DNA of 22,428 nt, taken from Gemmatimonadota bacterium (lineage in GTDB: Bacteria; Latescibacterota; UBA2968; UBA8231). Positions within the stretch are counted from its first letter, which is position 1, and every line of letters starts with the position of its first letter. Under the pieces are notes generated by a model. It ran no database searches. It was given only the letters and a program-made list of their open reading frames with translations, and was not told the origin of the DNA. The translations under genes and the position numbers were made by a program. This document shows, piece by piece, positions 15,432-22,428 of the stretch. Where the stretch lies: assembly GCA_038128265.1 (NCBI GenBank), contig JAYPJE010000061.1, positions 1-22,428 of the forward strand, read 5' to 3'.

Positions 15432-16403
15432 TTAAGCGCTCGATGGTTCGAGGACCGCTAGGTGAATAACGGCATCGCCGCGGTGCACCAGCGGATCGAT
15501 GGCTTGGCCGACGACCAGGCCACCCATGGGCGCCTTAATTTGGACCGTTTCGTCGCCGAACGGATCGCTGACCTCTCCGAGGATTTGTCCCGTGCGCACC
15601 TTCTCGCCCAGGCCTACGCGCAGGCGCAGAATGCCGCTTTGCCTGGTTCGCACCCAGGTTGCTTGGTGCGAAAGGGCTGCCTCACCGCGCCGGCGCTGGG
15701 GTGCCCGCTTAATCATGCCTAGGTGCGACATGACGCGCAGCACGCCGTCGACCCCTGCGACAATGGCGTCTTCGTTGAAGCGGTGTGGCTCGCCTGCTTC
15801 GTAGAGCAAAATGGGAATGCCGCGTCGGTTGACCTCGCTGCGCAGCGAGCCGCGCGGGGCCGTGCCGTGCATGATAACCGGGGGGGCAAAGGCCTCGGCC
15901 ATGGTCAGCGCTTGTGGGTTGTCTAGGTTGCAGCGAATCTGCGGCAGGTTGACGCGCGGTGGTGCGGCCGTATGCAGGTCAATGGCGTGCGTGCATTTGC
16001 CAACGACTTCTGTCATAAATAGATGCGCCAGACGCCCGGCCAGCGAACCGCGCGCCGAACCGGGGAAAGAGCGGTTTAAATCGCGGCGGTCGGGTAGGTA
16101 GCGCGACTGGTACACAAAGCCGAAAACGTTGATAATCGGCACGGCGATGAGCGTCCCATCTATTTTGTCGGGCTGCAGTTTTGCCAGTATGCGGCGCACG
16201 ATTTCAATGCCGTTGATTTCGTCGCCGTGCAGCGCCGCGCTTACAAAGAGGCGCGGGCCGGGTTTTTTACCGCGCAGGACCTCGACGGGCATAGAAAGCT
16301 GGTCGTGCGTGTAAAGGCGACCGACGGGCAGGTTGATTTTAACCCGTTCGCCTGGCTCAATCGTGGTGCCGCCTATACACAGGCGTTGGTGCGCAGAGTC
16401 CAT
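15432..16403 (-). CDS. Succinylglutamate desuccinylase/aspartoacylase (AstE/AspA, M14-like Zn carboxypeptidase) family protein
   Basis: HGDEING, DRRDLNRSFPG, IDLHT, YEAG, plus a C-terminal barrel-sandwich hybrid domain. Starts 12 bp downstream of rimK. Confidence 0.9.
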   Translation of the reverse strand: MDSAHQRLCIGGTTIEPGERVKINLPVGRLYTHDQLSMPVEVLRGKKPGPRLFVSAALHGDEINGIEIVRRILAKLQPDKIDGTLIAVPIINVFGFVYQSRYLPDRRDLNRSFPGSARGSLAGRLAHLFMTEVVGKCTHAIDLHTAAPPRVNLPQIRCNLDNPQALTMAEAFAPPVIMHGTAPRGSLRSEVNRRGIPILLYEAGEPHRFNEDAIVAGVDGVLRVMSHLGMIKRAPQRRRGEAALSHQATWVRTRQSGILRLRVGLGEKVRTGQILGEVSDPFGDETVQIKAPMGGLVVGQAIDPLVHRGDAVIHLAVLEPSSA

Positions 16404-16415
16404 ATCGTTGCGTTT

Positions 16416-17321
16416 TTATCCCTTGCCGCGCGTTCGGGTCTTGCCTGGTTGGGCATTCTTTTCGATAAAGTCGATGATATTACCCGCTACATCCAAGCCG
16501 GTCGTCTGCTCAATGCCCTCCAGCCCAGGCGAAGAGTTAACCTCCATTACGACGGGTCCGTGATTCGAGCGCAAAATGTCGACACCGGCTACGTTGAGGC
16601 CCATCGTTTTTGCCGCGCGCACGGCGGTGGAACGCTCTTCGGGGGTGAGTCTGATTTTCGTCGCTGTGCCGCCGCGGTGCAGGTTGGAGCGAAACTCGCC
16701 CTGAGCACCCTGGCGCATCATCGCGGCGACGACGCGGCCACCCACGACAAAGCAGCGGATATCGGCCCCGCCCGCTTCCTTGATGAACTCCTGTACGAGT
16801 ATGTTGGCGTCGAGGCCGCGAAACGCATCGATGACCGATTCAGCGGCCTTTTTGGTTTCGGCCAGCACCACGCCAATGCCCTGTGTGCCTTCCAGTAGCT
16901 TGATGACCAGCGGCGCGCCACCCACCAGGTTGATGACGCCCTGGGTATCTTTAGTCGACCGGGCGAAGGCCGTAACTGGCAGGCCGATGCCGTCGCGCGC
17001 CAGCAGCTGCAGCGAGCGCAGCTTGTCGCGCGCGCGCGTTATGGCAACGGACTCGTTTACAGAGAACACGCCCATCATCTCAAATTGGCGGACTACAGCC
17101 GTGCCGTAAAACGTATACGATGCGGCGATGCGGGGTATGATGGCCTCAAAACCCTCCAGCGATTCACCTTGAAAGAGCACGGCGGGGCGGTGGGAGGTAA
17201 TGTTCATATAGCAGCGTCGATAGTCGACGACCTGCACTTCGTGTCCACGCTCTTCGCCCGCCTCTTTTAATCTGGTTGTCGAATAGAGAGATCCCTTGGA
17301 AGAGAGTATGGCAATTTTCAT
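16416..17321 (-). CDS. rimK: Ribosomal protein S6--L-glutamate ligase / poly-alpha-glutamate synthase (ATP-grasp)
   Basis: [80 protein letters not shown]; 301 aa. Confidence 0.96.
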   Translation of the reverse strand: MKIAILSSKGSLYSTTRLKEAGEERGHEVQVVDYRRCYMNITSHRPAVLFQGESLEGFEAIIPRIAASYTFYGTAVVRQFEMMGVFSVNESVAITRARDKLRSLQLLARDGIGLPVTAFARSTKDTQGVINLVGGAPLVIKLLEGTQGIGVVLAETKKAAESVIDAFRGLDANILVQEFIKEAGGADIRCFVVGGRVVAAMMRQGAQGEFRSNLHRGGTATKIRLTPEERSTAVRAAKTMGLNVAGVDILRSNHGPVVMEVNSSPGLEGIEQTTGLDVAGNIIDFIEKNAQPGKTRTRGKG

Positions 17322-17600
17322 TGCTGCTTCCTTTCATTGCGAAGCGCTGGATCGGTTTTCTAGCGATCGTAGCCTTACGAGCACTCGACGCTCGGATGAG
17401 GCCACACAAATATAGAGAAAAACGACTATTTTATGAGTGGGGCCAGCACATTTGTTGGCCGCCCACGTTATCACATATTTTTGTGGCGTGCGCACGAAAG
17501 TCGTATTTGTTGGGCCGACGGGTTATGCGGCTTTTGCCGTCCGATGCAATAGCACGGAACGAGAGCCGCCCACGCGCGGCGTTTACGTGGAGGGGAGCCA
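17322..17600. promoter_or_regulatory. Divergent promoter region between rimK and the mscS-kch pair
   Basis: Non-coding, relatively AT-rich gap. Short dyads GGCCAGCA-CATT-TGTTGGCC and CACA-TATTTT-TGTG. Strong RBS GGAGGGGAG before TTG 17601. Confidence 0.4.
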
Positions 17601-18461
17601 TTGCAAACAGTGCTGCAGCTGATGGATCGCTATCAGGGTTTGGACAACGCGCTGGCCAGCGCGCTGCTCCTGCTCGGCGTGTTGTTACTTCGTCAGGTGT
17701 TGGTCCGTTGGGTGCGGCGATCAGCCATCTACTCGTCCGATCTGCGCCGGCGCTGGGTAGTGCAGATTCGCAACGGCTGCTTCTTGCTGCTCGTTCTGGG
17801 GCTGGTCTTTGTATGGGCGACCGAACTGCGCACGTTTGCCCTGTCGCTGGCTGCTTTTATCGTCGCGTTCGTGCTGTCGACCAAGGAGCTTATCTCCTGT
17901 CTGACGGGTAGCTTTCTGAAGATTAGCTCGCGCGCCTTTGCCGTGGGCGATCGCATTGAGGTTGGAGGAATGCGCGGCGACGTCGTCGACCAGACGCTGC
18001 TGGTGACGCGCATTATGGAAGTCGGTCCAGCGCCGCACGCCCACTTTTACACGGGTAAAATTATCGCCCTGCCCAATAGCCTGTTTCTCACCGCTCCGAT
18101 TATCAACTTTAGCCTGACGTCCAACTATGTGCTGCACGCCTTTTGCGTTCCACTAGCCGATTCCACCGATTGGCAGCGTGCCGAAGAGCATATGCAGAGC
18201 GCCTGTGCAGAGGTCTGTGCCCCGTTTCTCGACGCGGCGCGCCAGACCTTAAACCGCCAGGCTCAACTAGAGGAGCTCGGTGTGAAGGCAGTAGAACCGA
18301 GCACCGCGCTCGTTGTGCAGGAAGCAGGTAGGATTGACTTAGCCGTACGGGTGCCGCTTCCGGGCGAGCAGGTCGGTCGCTGCGAGCAGGATATAATCCG
18401 TCGTTTTTTACAGCTGCAGGCCGCTGCTGCTGCGCGCGCTGGTGCAAGGGAAGGAGCGTGA
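17601..18461 (+). CDS. MscS-family mechanosensitive channel
   Basis: TM segments, STKELISCLTGSF, FAVGDRIEVGGMRGDVVD, TGKIIALPNSLFLT. TTG start with strong RBS. Confidence 0.88.
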   Translation: MQTVLQLMDRYQGLDNALASALLLLGVLLLRQVLVRWVRRSAIYSSDLRRRWVVQIRNGCFLLLVLGLVFVWATELRTFALSLAAFIVAFVLSTKELISCLTGSFLKISSRAFAVGDRIEVGGMRGDVVDQTLLVTRIMEVGPAPHAHFYTGKIIALPNSLFLTAPIINFSLTSNYVLHAFCVPLADSTDWQRAEEHMQSACAEVCAPFLDAARQTLNRQAQLEELGVKAVEPSTALVVQEAGRIDLAVRVPLPGEQVGRCEQDIIRRFLQLQAAAAARAGAREGA

Positions 18462-18464
18462 TGT

Positions 18465-19607
18465 ATGGAATGGCGTAGCCGGTTCAAAAGTGGCGTCCCG
18501 TACGCGGTAGCAACCGTCGTCTTGCTCAACGGTTTTCTCGCGCTGGCAGCAGGACTGTCGCGCTTTTTTCAGCTTGATTTATACTTCGAAAAAGAGCTGG
18601 AAGAAGTCGGCGAACTCATCGATGTGACGCCGGACTTGCAGGCAGAAGGATTCGTATCCATTCTGCTCGGGGCCCTGTTTATAGCGCTGGGCAAGGGGTT
18701 ATTTGAGCGGCGGCGTTCCTCCTGGCAAAAGAGCATCGCCGTGCTGGCCGTGCAGTTGCTCAACGCATTGGTGCAGGGCATGCCGCTCCGCACCGTTGGT
18801 CTTTCGGTCGTCCTGTTGGTCGTGCTGCTGCTGCTGCGTCGCGACTTTACCAACGTGCCCGTGCGCCGCAGAATGGGGTACGGGGAAGTGGTCGCCGCGC
18901 TCTCGGTCATTTTTGCCCTCACATACGGCATCGTTGGCTCGTACTTGATGCGCGGCGAATTTAGCGGAATCGAGGGTTGGCTGGATGCGGCCTACTTTAC
19001 CTTTGTGACGTTTAGCACCGTCGGCTACGGCGATCTGCTGCCGCAGTCGACGAATGCGCGCATATTTACCATGTCGATGATCCTGATCGGACTGAGCGCT
19101 TTTGCCACATCGGTGACGGTTTTTTTGGGGCCGTTGCTCGAGGAGCGCATGAAAGGAGTTTTTTCGGTTATGAGCAAGTTCCAGAAAACGGTGGATCACG
19201 TCGTCGTCTGCGGCTTTACCAGTGTTTCCGAAAGTATTTTTGACGAGCTGCGCGCGCGCAACACGCCTTTTTTGGTCATCGAAGAAGACGAGAACAAGGT
19301 CATGCTTTTAAAGGGGTTAGACTATGATGTGCTGCACGGAGATGCGACCAACAAGCTAACCTTAGAGCGCTCTAATTTGCCGCACGCTGCTGCGGTCATT
19401 GCCGCTACCGATTCCGATGCGACCAATACGCTTATTGCGCTGACGGCTAGAGCACTGCGCGACGGGGATGGAGGACACTCTTTCCGCATCATCGTGCGCG
19501 TCGAAGACGAAGAGAATATCGACAAGGTTCAGCGCATTGGAGTTGATGAGGTGATCTCTCCGTCGACGCTGGGTGGGCGCATGATGGCGGAGAGGGCGCT
19601 AGGCTGA
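18465..19607 (+). CDS. kch: Kch-like 6TM potassium channel with C-terminal RCK (TrkA-N) domain
   Basis: K+ filter FSTVGYGD. Similarity by eye to E. coli Kch (VLLNG, LLLLRRDF, FATSVTVFLGPLL, DHVVVCG). RCK motifs GDAT, ATDSDATN, VDEVISP. Confidence 0.88.
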   Translation: MEWRSRFKSGVPYAVATVVLLNGFLALAAGLSRFFQLDLYFEKELEEVGELIDVTPDLQAEGFVSILLGALFIALGKGLFERRRSSWQKSIAVLAVQLLNALVQGMPLRTVGLSVVLLVVLLLLRRDFTNVPVRRRMGYGEVVAALSVIFALTYGIVGSYLMRGEFSGIEGWLDAAYFTFVTFSTVGYGDLLPQSTNARIFTMSMILIGLSAFATSVTVFLGPLLEERMKGVFSVMSKFQKTVDHVVVCGFTSVSESIFDELRARNTPFLVIEEDENKVMLLKGLDYDVLHGDATNKLTLERSNLPHAAAVIAATDSDATNTLIALTARALRDGDGGHSFRIIVRVEDEENIDKVQRIGVDEVISPSTLGGRMMAERALG

Positions 19608-19671
19608 AAGCCCCTGTTTAGCCGTAGTGGTTGCATTTGTAAATGCGTCACAGCCACCGTATGTTTGCTCG

Positions 19672-19687
19672 AAATAACCGGTTATTT
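19672..19687. promoter_or_regulatory. Perfect 16-bp palindrome, candidate repressor operator (LacI-family-like central CG)
   Basis: AAATAACCGGTTATTT is its own reverse complement and lies 25 bp upstream of ATG 19713. Confidence 0.55.
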
Positions 19688-19712
19688 AATCGTTCCAAAG
19701 CGAGGCAGCCCC

Positions 19713-20492
19713 ATGCAGGCTACAGGCGATTTTTCGGAAGACTTGCAGCATCTAAATGAGCAGGGTTTTCTGCTGATTAAAGGCGCGTTAGACGCTGAGC
19801 GGGTGGCGCGATGGCAGGATGTGCTCTACGGCATGTACGAGCGCGGCGAATACGAAATAGACAACAGCGTTGGTAATGTGGCCTTTGAGAAACTGCTCGC
19901 CCTGCAGCCGGAATTGGCCGGCGAACTGATCGGCCACGATTCCGTTGCCACCTATTTGAAGGCCGTGCTCGGCAAGCAGTGCCAGCTGCGCTCGCTGCGC
20001 GCCCACGTCAATCCGCGCGCCTACCTGCAGGAATGGCATATGGACTTCTACGACTACTACTATCAGCGAGAAAAGGCCGAAGGTGCGCAGTCGCTGGTGG
20101 GCGTGTGCATGAATACGACGTTCTACTTGACCGACAATCCGCCCGAACGCGGTCGCCTGACCTTTCTAAAAGACTACTTCAAACAGCCCATTCCCAATGA
20201 AATGATTCAACACATGGGCTATACGGATGACCGCAGCAATCCCTTTCAGGCCTGGTGCGATGGCCAGGAGCACGTCGACTTGCACCCCGAGGCCGGCGAT
20301 GCCGTGCTGTTTTACAGCCACGTGCCGCACCAGGGAGCCAAGGTCGGCGAAGATCCCGTGGGGCGGCCGCGGGCCAACATCGTGCTGCACTACCAGCAGA
20401 ATCCCATGTTTCCCGGTATCCACTTTGTCAGCAATCCACAGTTTACGCTGGATACGCTGGGCTATGCTGCCACGTTTCCCTTTGCCAACTGA
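19713..20492 (+). CDS. PhyH-family Fe(II)/2OG dioxygenase
   Basis: LNEQGFLLIKGAL, WHMD (HxD), AGDAVLFYSHVPHQG...R. GAGG RBS before ATG 19713. Confidence 0.85.
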   Translation: MQATGDFSEDLQHLNEQGFLLIKGALDAERVARWQDVLYGMYERGEYEIDNSVGNVAFEKLLALQPELAGELIGHDSVATYLKAVLGKQCQLRSLRAHVNPRAYLQEWHMDFYDYYYQREKAEGAQSLVGVCMNTTFYLTDNPPERGRLTFLKDYFKQPIPNEMIQHMGYTDDRSNPFQAWCDGQEHVDLHPEAGDAVLFYSHVPHQGAKVGEDPVGRPRANIVLHYQQNPMFPGIHFVSNPQFTLDTLGYAATFPFAN

Positions 20493-20498
20493 GGTTGC

Positions 20499-21248
20499 AT
20501 GAAAGCCGAACAGAAACAGTTTTTTCGCGATCACGGATTTGTCAATCTCGGCAAGCTGCTGACCGACCAGGAGGTGGCCTATTTCGACGGCCTATTTAAC
20601 GCGGATCGCCAGGCCTATCCCTACTTCTGGCACCCGTATGGTCATCACCAGCGGGCCAACTACGATGCCCTGCTAACGACGCCGGAGTTTGACGAACTGA
20701 TACGCCACCCGCGCATCTATCCGACTATCGAGGAACTGATGGGTGGTCCGCTGTGCTTTGGTGAGATCGGCCTGCGTTCAATGGGTGAGTATGACGGTCC
20801 GTTTCATCAGGGCTGGCACCGCGACAAGCCGCACTGGGACGAACATCCCCTGCGCATGGACTACATCCAGCTAATTGCCTACTTCGCCGATGTCGATGAG
20901 GATACGCACTGTTTTTCCATTTCGCCTGAATCGCTCGATGAGCCGGTGCTGGCCGACCGCGATGAGCAGCTGGCGCGCGGCGGTGCGTACGACCTACACG
21001 GCCCGGCTGGCACCTGCGCCCTGTTTAACGTGGCTGTGCTGCACACGGCGACGACGCGGCCCACGCGCGCCGAGCGCCGCACGGCGCAGATTTATTACGG
21101 GCATCGCGATCGCGCACCGCTGGCCAACGACTCGGGCATTCCTGCAACGCTGTGGCGCGACCACCAGGACGCCGAAACGCGCGCTTTTTACGGCGTGCTT
21201 AACGAGCGCACACAGGTCTATATGCGCGCCTTTGGCAGCGGCCAGTAA
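20499..21248 (+). CDS. PhyH-family Fe(II)/2OG dioxygenase
   Basis: FFRDHGFVNLGKLL, GWHRD, GPAGTCALFNVAVLHTA...RRT. Confidence 0.85.
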   Translation: MKAEQKQFFRDHGFVNLGKLLTDQEVAYFDGLFNADRQAYPYFWHPYGHHQRANYDALLTTPEFDELIRHPRIYPTIEELMGGPLCFGEIGLRSMGEYDGPFHQGWHRDKPHWDEHPLRMDYIQLIAYFADVDEDTHCFSISPESLDEPVLADRDEQLARGGAYDLHGPAGTCALFNVAVLHTATTRPTRAERRTAQIYYGHRDRAPLANDSGIPATLWRDHQDAETRAFYGVLNERTQVYMRAFGSGQ

Positions 21249-22006
21249 TGCGCGTAGCGCTGGCGCAGATGGCCGTCGGGACGGACGTGTCTGAAAATGT
21301 GCAAACGCTGCATCGCGCCGTTGACTTTGCCATAGCTCAGCGGGCCGACGTTTTGCTGACGCCCGAAGGATCGCTCAGCGGCTATACGCATCGCTTTGAT
21401 GCGAAAGCGGTTGAAAAGGGGCTTGCCGACGTTGTAGCGCACGCTCGAGAGGGACAGTTGGCATTGGCGCTGGGTACGTGCTTTATCGAAGGCGACGGCG
21501 ATTGCTACAACCAGCTTCGTTTTTACGAGGGCGACGGCACTTTTCGCGGCTTTCACAGCAAGACGCTGTGCTGCGGCACGCTGGAAAAGCCCTCGCGTGG
21601 GGAAATTGAACACTATGCGGTTGCGCCGCTGGCCACCTACGACTTGTGCGGTGTGCCAGTCGGCGGGCTGATTTGCAACGATCTGTGGGCCAACCCCTGT
21701 TGCACGCCCATGCCGGACCCCCATCTTACACAGCAGCTGCGCCAAATGGGCGCTCGCGCCGTTTTTCACGCGGTTAACGGCGGTCGCAGCAGCGACCCAT
21801 GGTCGCAGGTGAACTGGCATTTTCACGAGGCCAATTTGCGGATGCGCGCCCGCGCTTCCGCGCTGTATATCGCCACCGTAGACAGCTGTTTTCCCGTCGA
21901 CCTGCGCTGCTCATCGCCTTCTGGAGTTATTGGCCCGCAGGGTGAGTGGATGTGTCGCAGCGAAGAGTGCGGCGAGCAGTTTTTATGCTGTGATATAGAC
22001 CCGTAA
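21248..22006 (+). CDS. Carbon-nitrogen hydrolase (nitrilase superfamily)
   Basis: MRVALAQM. Catalytic triad E (LLTPEG), K (HSKT), C (LICNDLW). TAATG stop/start overlap with the upstream gene. Confidence 0.88.
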   Translation: MRVALAQMAVGTDVSENVQTLHRAVDFAIAQRADVLLTPEGSLSGYTHRFDAKAVEKGLADVVAHAREGQLALALGTCFIEGDGDCYNQLRFYEGDGTFRGFHSKTLCCGTLEKPSRGEIEHYAVAPLATYDLCGVPVGGLICNDLWANPCCTPMPDPHLTQQLRQMGARAVFHAVNGGRSSDPWSQVNWHFHEANLRMRARASALYIATVDSCFPVDLRCSSPSGVIGPQGEWMCRSEECGEQFLCCDIDP

Positions 22007-22108
22007 CGTGGGTTTGGTCCAACGGACGCCATTTGCCGCCGTGCGCGAACTTTGCCATTTTAGACGGGTTACACTGCTGGCTACACTCACTTCAAGGACA
22101 CTTCCACT

Positions 22109-22428
22109 ATGGAAAACGGCATCGTTCGCGTCGCAATCGGCGGTCAGGGCCGCAGCGGCTATAGCATCCACGCGCGCCACTTGGAAAAAGACTACGAGCG
22201 CTACCAGATCGTCGCCGTAGCCGATGAGATACAGGATCGCCGCAAAGACGCGCGCAACCAATTTGGCGCGCGCACGTACAAAGATTGGACCAAAATGATC
22301 GAAGCCGGCGATTTCGATCTCTTTGTGAACGCATTGCCCTCGCCGCTCCATACCCCAGCTACCATTGCTGCTCTCAACGCCGGCGCGCACGTTCTTTGCG
22401 AAAAACCGATGGCCAAAAACCTGCAGGA
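22109..22428 (+). CDS. Gfo/Idh/MocA-family oxidoreductase, 3'-truncated (absent from the ORF track)
   Basis: My translation: MENGIVRVAIGGQGRSGYSIHARHL...IVAVAD...LPSPLH...AGAHVLCEKPMA, which shows the Rossmann motif and the CEKP motif. AAGGA RBS upstream. Confidence 0.9.
   Translation, partial: MENGIVRVAIGGQGRSGYSIHARHLEKDYERYQIVAVADEIQDRRKDARNQFGARTYKDWTKMIEAGDFDLFVNALPSPLHTPATIAALNAGAHVLCEKPMAKNLQ

Noticed and set aside
17276..17911. 211-aa ORF as the missing RimB protease or another gene
   Set aside because: Wrong strand relative to rimK, overlaps both rimK and mscS, and shows no recognisable motifs.

Overview
GC-rich bacterial window with no rRNA, tRNA, CRISPR, integrase or transposase. 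Both ends carry catabolic genes. The left flank has a partial PhyH-family dioxygenase, a heparinase II/III-like lyase, an acetamidase/formamidase and a small RHH-like protein. The right flank has two PhyH dioxygenases, a carbon-nitrogen hydrolase and a partial Gfo/Idh/MocA oxidoreductase. Between them (about 4284-19607) lies a 15 kb cluster of ion-channel and glutamylation genes: four MscS-family channels, a CASTOR/POLLUX(DMI1)-like RCK channel, a Kch-like K+ channel, rimK plus an AstE/AspA-family peptidase, an HTH-fused PilB/GspE-like protein with dead catalytic motifs, and a degenerate 5'-nucleotidase fused to an outer-membrane beta-barrel. The most unusual gene encodes an intact Kv-type voltage-sensor domain (S1-S4) with no pore, fused through a long helical region to a STAND-like P-loop NTPase with a winged helix, directly upstream of an MscS gene. 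All family calls come from motif recognition by eye; no database searches were run.
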